A DNA stretch of 64,000 nucleotides from Anaerolineaceae bacterium (GTDB lineage: Bacteria; Chloroflexota; Anaerolineae; Anaerolineales; Anaerolineaceae): contig DAOUGR010000034.1 in the NCBI GenBank assembly GCA_034429135.1, positions 12,503 through 76,502 on the forward strand, in the 5' to 3' direction. The translations under genes were made by a program, and so were the position numbers. Shown here one piece after another: positions 36,114-47,352 of this stretch. Position 1 is the first letter of the stretch. Each line of letters begins with the position of its first letter. Under the pieces are notes generated by a model that saw only the letters and a list, made by a program, of their open reading frames with translations, made no database searches and was not told the DNA's origin.

Positions 36114-36944
36114 ATGGAAAAAAACCGACTGGATATAGAAATGGAGGAGCGCGGACTGGTTCAGAGCCGTTCACTGGCCCAAAAATTAATTATGGCAGGC
36201 GATGTGCGGGTAAACGGCCAAATTGTTTTGAAACCCGCTGTTAAAGTAACCCATGCCGATCAAATTGATTTGTTGGAAGCGCCTAGATTTGTCTCGCGCG
36301 GCGGTGAAAAACTGGTGGCGGCGCTTGAGGCGTTTGGATTAACGGATCTGACGGGGCGTGTCTGTGTTGATGTTGGGGCAAGCACTGGCGGGTTCACGGA
36401 TTGCCTGCTGCAGCATGGAGCCAGGAAGGTTTATGCCGTCGATGTGGGCTATGGCGTGCTGGACTGGAAGATCAGGAATGATCAGCGTGTGGTGGTCATG
36501 GAACGTACCAATGCCAGATACATCACGGGATTCGATGATCGAATCGAGCTGGTCACTGTTGACGCTTCGTTTATTTCATTATCGATTCTGCTTCCGGCAA
36601 TCAGAAGCTGGTTTGGAGACCTACCGGCAGAAGTGGTGGCATTGATCAAACCCCAGTTTGAAGCCGGGCGCGCGGATTCAGCCAAGGGCGGCGGGGTGAT
36701 TCGTGACCCCAAAATTCACCGGGCTGTACTCGAGCGCACCCTGGAGTTCGCTCAGAATACGAATTTTGAAATAATGGGATTGATTCAATCACCTTTGACA
36801 GGCCCCAAAGGGAATATTGAATTCTTGGTTTATTTATCCTATCCAAAGAAAAGTGATCGAGATCTAAATGAATTCATTACCCCTTTATTTGATTCTCACA
36901 AAGATGAACCTCTAAACCAGGCTTCGGATTCAATAATGAAATAA
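36114..36944 (+). CDS. tlyA: TlyA-family rRNA (cytidine-2-prime-O)-methyltransferase
   Basis: N-terminal S4 domain ([31 protein letters not shown]), SRGGEKL, and the SAM motif [15 protein letters not shown]. Confidence 0.85.
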   Translation: MEKNRLDIEMEERGLVQSRSLAQKLIMAGDVRVNGQIVLKPAVKVTHADQIDLLEAPRFVSRGGEKLVAALEAFGLTDLTGRVCVDVGASTGGFTDCLLQHGARKVYAVDVGYGVLDWKIRNDQRVVVMERTNARYITGFDDRIELVTVDASFISLSILLPAIRSWFGDLPAEVVALIKPQFEAGRADSAKGGGVIRDPKIHRAVLERTLEFAQNTNFEIMGLIQSPLTGPKGNIEFLVYLSYPKKSDRDLNEFITPLFDSHKDEPLNQASDSIMK

Positions 36945-36963
36945 GGTATACTTTACACCGATT

Positions 36964-38763
36964 ATGCCAGCTGATACGATTCGAAATTTTTGTATTATTG
37001 CACATGTGGATCATGGAAAATCCACACTTGCTGACCGCATGCTCCAGCTTACGGGAACAGTACCTGACCGGGAAATGATGGAGCAGGTGTTGGATACGAT
37101 GGAACTTGAGCGTGAGAAGGGGGTTACGATCAAGGCCTCCGCTGTGCGCATGAAATACCCTTATAAGGGAAAAGAGTACGAGTTAAATTTAATTGATACG
37201 CCAGGGCATGTTGACTTTAATTATGAAGTCAGCCGCGCGCTGGAAGCCTGCGAAGGGGCACTGCTGGTGGTAGATGCAACGCAAGGGGTTGAAGCGCAGA
37301 CACTTGCCAACCTGTACCTGGCCCTGGAGTCAAACCTGACGATTTTACCGGTGATCAATAAAATCGACCTTGCTTCTGCTCGTCCAGACGAAGTTGCAGG
37401 CGAGATCGAAGCCCTGCTGGGAATACCTGCTGATTCAATCCTCAGAGTATCAGCCAAGGAAGGAATCAACATCGATAAGGTGTTGGATGCGATTGTTGAT
37501 CAGATTCCTCCTCCAAAAGGGGATGAAAAAGCCCCGCTGCAGGCGTTGATCTTTGACAGTCATTATGATTCTTATAAAGGTGTCGTGGCTTATATCAGAG
37601 TAGTGGAAGGAACCCTGCAAACCGCTGACACCTTGCGTTTGATGGCTACCCGGGCAGATGTAAAACCGGTGGAAATCGGTGTTTTTGCGCCGGGAATGGT
37701 GCCAGTTAATGAACTCAGAGCCGGAGATGTTGGTTATGTGGCGACGGGACTCAAAACGGTGAAAGAATGCCGTGTTGGTGACACTTTTACCCTTGCCGCT
37801 CAACCGGCTGAATTGCCACTTCCAGGTTACAGACACCCAAAACCGATGGTCTTTGCAGGTATTTACCCTGTTGAGGGGGAAGACTACGAAGAGTTGAAGG
37901 AAGCACTGGAAAGGTTGCAGCTGAATGATGCTTCTCTCGTTTTCGATCCTGAAACATCTCAGGCGTTGAATTTTGGTTTTCGCTGTGGTTTTCTTGGGCT
38001 CTTCCACATGGAAATCATTCAGGAGCGGATCGAGCGTGAGTACAATCTGAATATTGTGGTGACCGCTCCATCAGTCGAATATGAGGTTGTACTGCTCAAC
38101 GGTGAAACGGTATCCATTTCTTCGCCGGCAAAACTGCCAGATGAATCTCAAATCGCCGAGGTTCGCGAACCCTGGATGCGTCTGGAAGTGATCACGCCGA
38201 CCGAATTCTATGGAACGATCATGGACCTTGTCACCAAGCGCCGGGGAACCTATATCTCGCAGGATTACCCTGCACCTAATCGGGTTCAGTTGAATTATGA
38301 CATTCCGCTTTCGGAACTGATTGTTGATTTCTTTGATGATCTTAAATCGCGCACTCGCGGATACGCATCAATGGATTACCATTTTCTGGACATGCGCCCA
38401 GGAAACCTGGTAAAACTTGAAGTTTTGGTCGATTCTGAACCTGTGGATGCGCTGGCTGCCATTGTTCATAAAGAGGATGCCTATCATAAAGGTCAGGCGT
38501 TGGTGACAAAACTGAAAGCGTTAATTCCGAGACAGATGTTTGATGTGGCTATTCAGGCTTCTGCCGGCGGACGGGTCATCTCACGCGCCAACGTGAAAGC
38601 GCTGCGCAAAGATGTGCTGGCAAAATGTTACGGGGGTGATATTACCCGTAAAAAGAAACTGCTTGAAAAGCAGAAGAAGGGTAAACGCCGCATGAAGATG
38701 GTTGGCGATGTGGAAATTCCACAGGAAGCTTTCATGGCCGTTCTACGGTTGGAGGAAGATTGA
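36964..38763 (+). CDS. lepA: Elongation factor 4 (LepA)
   Basis: [28 protein letters not shown] and NKIDL. LepA-specific C-terminal domain ([25 protein letters not shown]). Confidence 0.95.
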   Translation: MPADTIRNFCIIAHVDHGKSTLADRMLQLTGTVPDREMMEQVLDTMELEREKGVTIKASAVRMKYPYKGKEYELNLIDTPGHVDFNYEVSRALEACEGALLVVDATQGVEAQTLANLYLALESNLTILPVINKIDLASARPDEVAGEIEALLGIPADSILRVSAKEGINIDKVLDAIVDQIPPPKGDEKAPLQALIFDSHYDSYKGVVAYIRVVEGTLQTADTLRLMATRADVKPVEIGVFAPGMVPVNELRAGDVGYVATGLKTVKECRVGDTFTLAAQPAELPLPGYRHPKPMVFAGIYPVEGEDYEELKEALERLQLNDASLVFDPETSQALNFGFRCGFLGLFHMEIIQERIEREYNLNIVVTAPSVEYEVVLLNGETVSISSPAKLPDESQIAEVREPWMRLEVITPTEFYGTIMDLVTKRRGTYISQDYPAPNRVQLNYDIPLSELIVDFFDDLKSRTRGYASMDYHFLDMRPGNLVKLEVLVDSEPVDALAAIVHKEDAYHKGQALVTKLKALIPRQMFDVAIQASAGGRVISRANVKALRKDVLAKCYGGDITRKKKLLEKQKKGKRRMKMVGDVEIPQEAFMAVLRLEED

Positions 38764-39785
38764 CCGTAAACCACTCTCCAAAAATGAAGACTTTATTGCG
38801 CTGGTTACCGGGGGTGATGATCAGCGCGATTGCAATCTATGCGGTCATTCATTTTTCCAGGATGCAGGACTTCCACGCGGCTTTGAAAACCGTAACTCTT
38901 AAGTATGTGGTCATGATTACCATGCTTTCATTACTTAGCCTGCTGGTCAGGGCAATTGCCTGGCGCACGATTCTGGGTGATCAAATCAGTTTGGTCAATT
39001 CTTTTTTTGGAATTAATGAAGGATATTTCTTAAACAATCTTTTCCCACTTCGTGCGGGAGAGATCGGACGTGCGTTGTCGGTTGGGCAGTCTTCTGGGTT
39101 AGGTACGTTGCATGTTTTGTCAACCATACTGATTGAACGGGCATTTGATCTTGTTTTTGCTGCCGGAATTGCATTGATCACCCTTCCGTTTATCGTGGGC
39201 TCAGAATGGATCAAACCGATTGCGTTTTCAGCTTTTGTTATCGTCATTTTAGGTCTGATCTTGTTGTTTCTCGTTGCCAACAACCGCCAAAAAATCCAGG
39301 TATGGATTGATAAGAAGGGTTTTAAATCCAGATTCCTTGTTGAGCGTGTGCTCCCACAGATTCATAAACTCATCGATGGCATGACTGCATTGGTCAAGCC
39401 TTCCCGTTTTTTGTTGAGCTTCTTCTGGATTGGGATGACCTGGGTGGTGTGGATGTTCTTTTATTATTCAACCGTTGCTCAATTGGCGAATGGCGCACCA
39501 TTATGGTGGGGAGCATTTGTGTCTAGCCTTTTGGCGTTAGGTGTGGCAATTCCCTCAGCACCTGCGGCTGTAGGGGTATATGAGGCCGCAATTGTTGGTT
39601 CGTTGGCTCTACTTGGGATATCCAGCAGCTCGGCTCTGGCTTTTGCTATCGTCATGCATCTGGATCAAATGGTTATTACAGCGATATTTGGATTGTGGGG
39701 CTTAATTCGTGACGGACAGAGTCTGTCAGGTTTGCTTGCATCACTATCCGACAAAAAACTGGCGGAAAAGAAGCCAGTACAATGA
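38760..39785 (+). CDS. UPF0104 / lysylphosphatidylglycerol-synthase-TM-region (flippase-like) membrane protein
   Basis: About 8 TM helices. [24 protein letters not shown] matches the conserved N..P.R.GE..R box of this family. The TTG start overlaps the lepA stop; an ATG 8 codons in (38784) is an alternative. Confidence 0.65.
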   Translation: MTVNHSPKMKTLLRWLPGVMISAIAIYAVIHFSRMQDFHAALKTVTLKYVVMITMLSLLSLLVRAIAWRTILGDQISLVNSFFGINEGYFLNNLFPLRAGEIGRALSVGQSSGLGTLHVLSTILIERAFDLVFAAGIALITLPFIVGSEWIKPIAFSAFVIVILGLILLFLVANNRQKIQVWIDKKGFKSRFLVERVLPQIHKLIDGMTALVKPSRFLLSFFWIGMTWVVWMFFYYSTVAQLANGAPLWWGAFVSSLLALGVAIPSAPAAVGVYEAAIVGSLALLGISSSSALAFAIVMHLDQMVITAIFGLWGLIRDGQSLSGLLASLSDKKLAEKKPVQ

Positions 39786-39795
39786 GGAGTAAACA

Positions 39796-40821
39796 ATGAA
39801 CGGTTATTTACTAATCACCGGAGGTGCCGGTTTCATCGGGTCGAATTACGCTGCACGGTGCCTTGCGCGCGGTGAAAAAGTCGTAATTTTCGATAATCTC
39901 TCAAGACACGGCGCGGAGCTTAATATTGAATGGTTGAGTGACCGCTTTGACCGGAAATCCTTTGATTTAATCAAAGAAGACATCCGGGATGCCGACGCGA
40001 TAAAGGCTGCTGCAAAGGGAGCGGACCGCATTCTGCATCTGGCTGCCCAGGTTGCTGTGACAACGTCGGTTACCGATCCAAAAACCGATTTTGAGATCAA
40101 CGCTCACGGCACGTTTAATGCCCTGGAGGCTGCGCGTGCTTCTGGGAGAAAGCCTGCTTTTGTGTACGCTTCGACCAATAAAGTCTATGGCGGTATGGAA
40201 GATGTGGAAGTGGTTGAACTGGAATCCCGCTATGACTACAAGGATTTACCTTACGGGGCATCTGAGGCACAGCCGTTGGATTTTCATTCTCCTTATGGCT
40301 GCTCAAAAGGCTGCGGTGATCAGTATGTTAGAGATTATCACCGAATCTATGATCTGCCCACAGTGGTACTGAGGCAGTCGTGCATCTACGGCACACGCCA
40401 ATTTGGTATCGAAGACCAGGGGTGGGTTGCCTGGTTCATCATTGCTGCTGTTACTGGCAGGCCGATCACCATTTATGGCAACGGCAAGCAGGTGCGAGAT
40501 GTGTTATTCGTGGATGATCTGCTCGATGCTTATGATGCGGCTTTCCAGCGCGCTGACAAAGTTGGCGGACAGATCTTTAACATTGGCGGCGGAAGAGAAA
40601 ACACAATTTCTGTCTGGAAGGAATTTCAGCCAAAGCTCGAAAAACTGATTGGGCACCCTGTTCCAACCCAGATAAAGGGATGGCGCCCTGGTGACCAACC
40701 GGTCTACATTTCTGATATCCGTAAGGCCAAGGAAATGCTTGGCTGGGAACCGAAGATCAAGACCGATGCAGGAATCCGCCGATTATTCGATTGGGTTAAT
40801 GAAAATCGGAACCTGTTCTGA
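39796..40821 (+). CDS. SDR-family NAD-dependent sugar-nucleotide epimerase/dehydratase
   Basis: ITGGAGFIGSNY Rossmann motif, STNKVYG and the catalytic YGCSK. GAGGAG RBS. Confidence 0.85.
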   Translation: MNGYLLITGGAGFIGSNYAARCLARGEKVVIFDNLSRHGAELNIEWLSDRFDRKSFDLIKEDIRDADAIKAAAKGADRILHLAAQVAVTTSVTDPKTDFEINAHGTFNALEAARASGRKPAFVYASTNKVYGGMEDVEVVELESRYDYKDLPYGASEAQPLDFHSPYGCSKGCGDQYVRDYHRIYDLPTVVLRQSCIYGTRQFGIEDQGWVAWFIIAAVTGRPITIYGNGKQVRDVLFVDDLLDAYDAAFQRADKVGGQIFNIGGGRENTISVWKEFQPKLEKLIGHPVPTQIKGWRPGDQPVYISDIRKAKEMLGWEPKIKTDAGIRRLFDWVNENRNLF

Positions 40822-41978
40822 TGAAAATATTGATTGTTCTGACATATTACCGCCCGCATATCAGTGGTTTAACAATATATGCAGAGCGCATTGCAACAGC
40901 ACTTGCGAGGCGCGGTCATGATGTGACGGTTTTAACTTCTCAGTTTGATTCAACACTACCTCTTGAAGAAATGATGGAGGGAGTGCGAATTATCCGCGTG
41001 CCGGTTTTGATGCGGTTGAGTAAAGGCGTGATCATGCCGAAATTTGGTTATCTGGCCAGCAAGCTGGTGAAAGAAAACGATGTTGTTCAACTCCATCTGC
41101 CGCAATTCGATGCAGCGGGTGTGGCGCTGCGTGGAAGGTTGTTAAGGAAGCCAACGGTGATCACGTATCATTGTGATTTACAGCTTCCACCCGGATTGTT
41201 CAACAGAGCAGCAAACATCGCTGTTTTATTGATGAACGATCTCGCTGCTCGTTTCACTCACCGAATCGTTACTTATACCGACGATTATGCCCGGCATTCG
41301 AAGTACACCAGACGATTCATGAGAAAAGTTCAGGTAATCGCCCCGCCTGTGGTTTTACCAGAAATTTCTGAAACCCAAAAAAGCGAATTCGGCCTGAGGT
41401 ATAACCCGAAAGGACAACGCCCGGTGATTGGAATGGCGGCGCGATTTGCCACAGAGAAGGGCGTCGAAATCTTATTAAAGGCAATGCCTGCAATCATCGA
41501 GCGCCATCCCGACGCGCTTTTCCAATTTGTTGGGCCTTACCAGCATATTATTGGTGAAGAACAATATTTTGCACGACTTAAACCTGAAATCGAAAAATTT
41601 GAGCGCTCAGGCAACTGGAAATTCCTCGGATCGATGTCTCCAGAGCAGATGTCTGGTTTTTATGCCAACCTTGACTTACTGGTACTTCCCAGCCTCAATT
41701 CGACTGAAGCATTTGGCCTGGTTCAAATTGAAGCCATGATGAATGGCGTGCCCTGTGTTACCTCTAATCTGCCGGGTGTGCGGCAGCCGGTCACTGTTCA
41801 TGGAATGGGAGAAATCTTTGCCATTGGAGATTCGAAAGAATTGGCAGACAAAGTGTTAGCGGTTCTAGATAATATTGAAGCGAAACGTGTTCCAAAGGCG
41901 GATTTCTCGCGCTATTCACCTGATCTGATTGCGCAAAAATATGAAGAGTTATTCGAAAAAATTAAACTTGAGCTCTAA
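40821..41978 (+). CDS. Glycosyltransferase family 4 (GT-B fold)
   Basis: MKILIVLTYYRPHISGLTIY N-terminus. C-terminal EAFGLVQIEAMMNGVPCV (E-x7-E motif). The start overlaps the upstream stop (TGATG). Confidence 0.85.
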   Translation: MKILIVLTYYRPHISGLTIYAERIATALARRGHDVTVLTSQFDSTLPLEEMMEGVRIIRVPVLMRLSKGVIMPKFGYLASKLVKENDVVQLHLPQFDAAGVALRGRLLRKPTVITYHCDLQLPPGLFNRAANIAVLLMNDLAARFTHRIVTYTDDYARHSKYTRRFMRKVQVIAPPVVLPEISETQKSEFGLRYNPKGQRPVIGMAARFATEKGVEILLKAMPAIIERHPDALFQFVGPYQHIIGEEQYFARLKPEIEKFERSGNWKFLGSMSPEQMSGFYANLDLLVLPSLNSTEAFGLVQIEAMMNGVPCVTSNLPGVRQPVTVHGMGEIFAIGDSKELADKVLAVLDNIEAKRVPKADFSRYSPDLIAQKYEELFEKIKLEL

Positions 41979-42013
41979 TTTATAACCAGGAGCTGATTTT
42001 CTGGAGTATCGAC

Positions 42014-45000
42014 GTGTCTACCGATCATAACAATGTTCCTTCAAAGATGAAGCATCGTAAAAATTCCCCTCTAAATTTGCCTTGGGTCTGGGATGTGCTG
42101 TTGATTGGCATCCTGCTGATGGGTGCTTATTTACGTTTTACTGGAATTGAGTGGGACGGTAATCAGCACCTGCACCCCGATGAGCGATTTTTAACCATGG
42201 TAGAAACGTCTATCAAACCGGTAGACACCTTGCGCGAGTATTTTGACACTGCCAGTTCATCCTTGAACCCCAATAATTTCGGGTACACATTTTATGTGTA
42301 TGGTACGCTGCCGATTTTCATCGTCCGCTACGTGGGTGAATGGTTTGGTCAAACGGGGTATGATCAAATTAATATCGTTGGCCGGGTGCTGTCAGGTATA
42401 TTTGACCTGGGTACGCTGGTATTTGTTTATCTGATTGGCAAGCGACTTTATCGCAACTCCAGGCTTGGTTTGCTTGCCACGCTTTTTTCAGCTTTTGCGG
42501 TTCTTCAGATTCAGCTTTCACATTATTTTACGGTTGATAATTTTGCGAATTTCTTTACTTATGGCGCAATATACATTGCGGTATGCATCGCTACGCGCGC
42601 CAAACCTTTGATCGATCAACCATATTCTGAAGAAGATGGAAAAACTCCAGCATGGTTGACCAGTAACTGGTCTTCCTTCGGCCTCTTCGCCCTTTTCGGA
42701 TTGCTCTACGGGATGGCAATGGCCTCCAAAGTCAGTATCTGGGCGTTAGCTTTGTTGCTTCCTTTGGCGGCATTCCTCTATTACAGGAAGTCAGCGGTCA
42801 ACCATGACCAAACCGAAATTGCGATTATCATTCGCAATCTGGTTTTAGCCGGTATCGTTGCCTTTTTTACCTTCCGTATCTTCCAGCCATATTCTTTTAT
42901 GGGGCCAGGATTCCTGGGCATGAAGATAAATGAAAATTGGCTGGCAAGCATGCGCGAACTGGCTGCCATTCAAAGCGGTGATGTCGATGTTCCTTACGCA
43001 CTGCAATGGGCACGCCGCCCGGTGACATTCACGCTGCAGAACTACGTTCTCTGGGGTGTGGGAATTCCTTTGGGGCTGCTCAGCATTGGCGGTTTGCTCT
43101 GGATGGCGTGGCGTTCGATTAAGGGTGATTGGCCAAAGCATATTTTGCTCTGGAGCTGGGTTGCCTTTGTGTTGATCACACAATCATTGAGTCCGGTCAA
43201 AAGTATGCGCTACATCGTCTCCATCTATCCAGGCCTGGCGCTGATAGCATCCTGGACTATCTTTAAGTTAATGGAAAACAACGGAAAACAAGTTCGCAAG
43301 CTGAGAGTGATCGCTTTTAACTGGCGTAAGGCGTTGGCTGTGACGCTGCTGGTGATCACGATCACTGGCACTATGATCTATGCAATCGCTTTTACAGATA
43401 TTTATTCCAAGCCGGTTACCAGAGTGGCTGCCAGTGAATGGATTTATGAAAACATTCCGGGTGCGATCAACCTTTCTTTCACATCATCAACCACAAACGA
43501 GAAATTTACTCAACCACTGGCATACCAAAATTCGGCATTGATTGCATCTGATACGCCGTATGCTTATGGTTTCACAGCCGTAGACTCTGGCAAATTGACA
43601 ACCGTCACGATTGAGCATGTGCAAACCCAATCTTCTGATGCAGCTGTAACATCGTTAATTGCCACACTTTATGAAATCAATGGCGACGAAAGGAATTATC
43701 GAGCAGCTGGATTCTATCAATCCACTTTCGCTCAAAGCAGTGATGGGCGCGGTGAGAAGGCTGTCATCGCACTGGAAGGAGCTGCAGACCTTTACGCTGG
43801 GAAACAGTATGAGTTATTCATTGAGGTTGCAGAACCTTCTGTCTTCTTGCGCATTTCAGGATCTGTCATTCTGACTTATGGTGAGGGCAGCGGCTCATCG
43901 GTACAATATCTTGCATCTCCTGTCTATCGATTAACCAGCGCAAATGCCTTTCAAACCATTATTTATCCTCGTGAATCAGGCGAACTTTCAACAATCACGT
44001 TGAACCGGGTGGTTGACCTGCTCGGAACTCCTGGTGAAAAAACGTTAACCGTTAATCTGATTGATCCCAACAATCCCGAAGCCGGACTGGCTTCAGGCAG
44101 TGTAACGGGAACATTTCTGCCCAAAGACGATCCACGGGGTGAATCTGTAACCATCACTCTTAATAAGCCAGTAGGGCTTGAAAAATCGACCGGATATACA
44201 CTTGGCCTGACCCTTACCGGTGAAGGAGCATTGGGTATCTATAACGATACCACCGCGGTGGAGTCGTCATGGGACGATGCTTTGCCGGTAAGTATGTATG
44301 GTTATAACCAGTTCGGTTACTGGGATGGCATATACGGCAACAACCGCAATATGGAATTGTATTGGGATGACAATGAGGACAAATATTCTTCATTAACTTT
44401 AAACCTGGACCAAACGGATGCAATTTTCATTAGTTCCAGCCGCCAGTGGGGATCGATCACGCGCATACCGGAGCGGTATCCGTTAACCACAGAGTATTAC
44501 AGGGCTTTGATTGGCTGTCCAAAGGATAAAGATATCCTCTGGTGCTATTCTGTGGCCAAGCCGGGTATGTTTAAAGGTGAACTCGGATTCGACCTCGTTG
44601 CTGTATTTCAAAATGACCCGCAAATCGGGAATATTAAATTCAATGATCAATTTGCTGAAGAAGCCTTTACCGTTTATGACCATCCAAAGGTTTTGATTTT
44701 TCACAAAACGGATGACTATGACAGCCAGAAGGTACGTGAGATTCTTGGAGCCGTCGACCTTACAGCAGCAGTACATCTGACACCAAGTGAAGCAAGCAGC
44801 TTTCGTGGTAATTTAAAGTTGACTCCAGAAGGAAAAGAAATTCAACAAGCGGGGGGGACCTGGTCAGAGCTGTTCCCGGCAGCGTCAATTTTGAATCAAA
44901 AACCCTGGGCGGCAGCAGTGGTTTGGTATCTGGCCATCACGCTGCTGGGATGGCTCGTTTATCCATTAACACGTGTTTTCTTAAAGGGTTTGCCTGACCG

Positions 45001-47341
45001 CGGATATGCTTTTAGCCGTCTGACCGGTTTGATCCTACTCGCCTATTTCACATGGCTGGTAGCCTCACTTGGAGGATCTTTCAACCGCTTAACCATCGGA
45101 GTTGTGTTAACTCTGTTAACTGCAGCTAGTGTTGTGGTGTTTTGTTTGCAGCGTAAAGAAATAACAGCAGAAATCAAATCTCGTGGGAAATATTTTCTGC
45201 TGGTTGAAGGGGTTATGCTCGCTTTCTTCCTGTTAGATCTGGCCATTCGAATCGGTAACCCCGATCTGTGGCACCCCTGGAAGGGCGGGGAAAAACCGAT
45301 GGACCTTTCTTATTTCACTGCGGTTCTCAAGAGTACCACTTTTCCACCATATGACCCCTGGTATGCGGGTGGGTATATCAATTATTACTATTATGGATAT
45401 GTCATTGTTGGCGTACTGGTCAAGTTCCTGGGGATTATTCCTGATATCGCATATAACCTGATCTTGCCAACTTTGTTCGGCCTGACCGGTGTGGGTGCAT
45501 TCGGAATCGGTTGGAATCTGTTCACCCATCATGAAATTGACCCGGTGAACGGAATTCAAGCGGAATCGCTATCTGGAAATAAACGCTCACTTTTTGCTGG
45601 CGTTACCGCTGCTTTCGCTGTATTGATCATGGGAAACCTGGGAACGGTGCGAATGTTCTGGCAGGGGTTACAGAGAATTGCGGCTCCAGATGGGATTATT
45701 GATGGCGCAGGAATTTTCGAACGGATCAAGTGGGTGGTGTTGGGATTAGGCAAGTTCTTTACCGGGACGAAGATGCCTTATGGATACGGCGATTGGTACT
45801 GGAATCCATCACGCGCTATCCCTGGAGAGGTGATCACGGAGTTTCCCTTTTTCACTTTTACCTATGCAGACCTGCACGCTCACATGATCGCGCTGCCGAT
45901 CACTCTGCTTGTTCTGGGGTGGGCGGTTTCTATGTTGCTCCGAAAGGCTGATTGGGAAGCCGGTCTGGGAAATAAGAAGTGGATTCCCCTTTTGGGGTCA
46001 CTTCTTTTTGGTGGATTGATCATTGGCACCTTGAGACCGACGAACACATGGGATCTGCCAACTTATCTTGTGTTTGCTTCAGCAGTTCTTCTGTATGTTT
46101 GCTGGAAGTACGCCTCACTGCCTCGAAAATTCTTTTCCTCATTACCGGTTTGGTTAAGAAAACTCATTTTTTGCGGGCTGGTGATCGCTGTTTTCGTGGG
46201 ATCTGTACTGGTGTCCTTCCTGCCCTTTACAGAAAAATACGGTCAGGCTTATGGTTCTATGACCTCATGGAAGGGTGATTATACCCAACTGAAAGATTAC
46301 CTCGTCCACTGGGGGTGGCAGCTTTTCTTGATCACCACCTGGCTGGTGTGGGAAACCCGCGAATGGCTCGCTGCAACACCGGCTTCAGTGCTAAAACGTT
46401 TTAAGCCGTATCTTGGCTATTTGCAGGTAGTGGTGGTGTTATTCGCAGCGGTCTTGATCCTGTTAACTTTGCTGGGCGTAAAAATTGGCTGGATCGTAGG
46501 AATCCTGGGTGTATGGGCGTTGATATTAATGCTCAGATCCAACCAACCAGATTTAAAGCGGCTGGTTCTCTTCATGGTGGGCACTGGTTTAATCTTGACG
46601 CTTTTTGTGGAGTTATTTGCGCTGGCGGGTGATATCGGGCGCATGAATACAGTCTTCAAATTCTATTATCAGGCATGGACCATGTTAGGGCTCAGCGCAG
46701 CTGCTGCGCTGGTGTGGTTGACCCCTGCCGTGACCACACGTTGGAAGCCGGGTGTTTCAAATGTATGGCAAATCCTCTTTGCGCTATTGGTGTTTGGAGG
46801 GTTGCTTTACCCGGTCACAGCTGCGATAGATAAAATTCGAGATCGTATGTCTGACCAGGCTCCTGCGGGATTGGATGGAACAGTCTATATGAGAACCTCC
46901 ACATATTCAGATGAAGGAGTGGAGATGCATCTCGATGAAGATTACCAGGCAATCCAGTGGATGCGTGAGAATGTTAAGGGATCACCTGTCATCGTGGAAG
47001 CCAATACGGTGGAATATCGCTGGGGGAACCGATTTACGATCTACACCGGGCTGCCGGGTGTCCTTGGCTGGAACTGGCACCAACGTCAGCAGCGTGGGTA
47101 CATGGATTACAATGGCATTCAGAGCAGATTGACTGAAATCCCGTATTTTTACGAAACCACTTTGATTAATGATGCAGTGGAATTTCTTAAAAAGTATGAT
47201 GTGAAATACATCATCCTGGGACAGTTGGAACGTGCATACCACTCAGGTATTGGGTTGGACAAATTTGAACAGTATGATGGTGTCTATTGGAAAGAAGTCT
47301 TTCGTCTGAATGACACTGTCATTTACGAAGTCATCCCATAG
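42014..47341 (+). CDS. Giant (1775 aa) polytopic membrane protein with two Chlor_Arch_YYY/DUF2298-type modules separated by a large extracytoplasmic domain
   Basis: More than 25 hydrophobic segments. Module 1 has HPDERFLTMVETSIK...NPNNFGYTFYVYG. Module 2 has GGEKPMDLSYFTAVLK...DPWYAGGYINYYYYGY. GTG start with GGAG 8 nt upstream. Confidence 0.8.
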   Translation: MSTDHNNVPSKMKHRKNSPLNLPWVWDVLLIGILLMGAYLRFTGIEWDGNQHLHPDERFLTMVETSIKPVDTLREYFDTASSSLNPNNFGYTFYVYGTLPIFIVRYVGEWFGQTGYDQINIVGRVLSGIFDLGTLVFVYLIGKRLYRNSRLGLLATLFSAFAVLQIQLSHYFTVDNFANFFTYGAIYIAVCIATRAKPLIDQPYSEEDGKTPAWLTSNWSSFGLFALFGLLYGMAMASKVSIWALALLLPLAAFLYYRKSAVNHDQTEIAIIIRNLVLAGIVAFFTFRIFQPYSFMGPGFLGMKINENWLASMRELAAIQSGDVDVPYALQWARRPVTFTLQNYVLWGVGIPLGLLSIGGLLWMAWRSIKGDWPKHILLWSWVAFVLITQSLSPVKSMRYIVSIYPGLALIASWTIFKLMENNGKQVRKLRVIAFNWRKALAVTLLVITITGTMIYAIAFTDIYSKPVTRVAASEWIYENIPGAINLSFTSSTTNEKFTQPLAYQNSALIASDTPYAYGFTAVDSGKLTTVTIEHVQTQSSDAAVTSLIATLYEINGDERNYRAAGFYQSTFAQSSDGRGEKAVIALEGAADLYAGKQYELFIEVAEPSVFLRISGSVILTYGEGSGSSVQYLASPVYRLTSANAFQTIIYPRESGELSTITLNRVVDLLGTPGEKTLTVNLIDPNNPEAGLASGSVTGTFLPKDDPRGESVTITLNKPVGLEKSTGYTLGLTLTGEGALGIYNDTTAVESSWDDALPVSMYGYNQFGYWDGIYGNNRNMELYWDDNEDKYSSLTLNLDQTDAIFISSSRQWGSITRIPERYPLTTEYYRALIGCPKDKDILWCYSVAKPGMFKGELGFDLVAVFQNDPQIGNIKFNDQFAEEAFTVYDHPKVLIFHKTDDYDSQKVREILGAVDLTAAVHLTPSEASSFRGNLKLTPEGKEIQQAGGTWSELFPAASILNQKPWAAAVVWYLAITLLGWLVYPLTRVFLKGLPDRGYAFSRLTGLILLAYFTWLVASLGGSFNRLTIGVVLTLLTAASVVVFCLQRKEITAEIKSRGKYFLLVEGVMLAFFLLDLAIRIGNPDLWHPWKGGEKPMDLSYFTAVLKSTTFPPYDPWYAGGYINYYYYGYVIVGVLVKFLGIIPDIAYNLILPTLFGLTGVGAFGIGWNLFTHHEIDPVNGIQAESLSGNKRSLFAGVTAAFAVLIMGNLGTVRMFWQGLQRIAAPDGIIDGAGIFERIKWVVLGLGKFFTGTKMPYGYGDWYWNPSRAIPGEVITEFPFFTFTYADLHAHMIALPITLLVLGWAVSMLLRKADWEAGLGNKKWIPLLGSLLFGGLIIGTLRPTNTWDLPTYLVFASAVLLYVCWKYASLPRKFFSSLPVWLRKLIFCGLVIAVFVGSVLVSFLPFTEKYGQAYGSMTSWKGDYTQLKDYLVHWGWQLFLITTWLVWETREWLAATPASVLKRFKPYLGYLQVVVVLFAAVLILLTLLGVKIGWIVGILGVWALILMLRSNQPDLKRLVLFMVGTGLILTLFVELFALAGDIGRMNTVFKFYYQAWTMLGLSAAAALVWLTPAVTTRWKPGVSNVWQILFALLVFGGLLYPVTAAIDKIRDRMSDQAPAGLDGTVYMRTSTYSDEGVEMHLDEDYQAIQWMRENVKGSPVIVEANTVEYRWGNRFTIYTGLPGVLGWNWHQRQQRGYMDYNGIQSRLTEIPYFYETTLINDAVEFLKKYDVKYIILGQLERAYHSGIGLDKFEQYDGVYWKEVFRLNDTVIYEVIP

Positions 47342-47352
47342 ACTGGCAGGGC

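Noticed and set aside
37450-38007. 185-aa minus-strand ORF.
   Set aside because: It is entirely antisense to lepA, whose translation is unmistakable. Its sequence is low-complexity and Arg/Phe-rich, typical of shadow ORFs.
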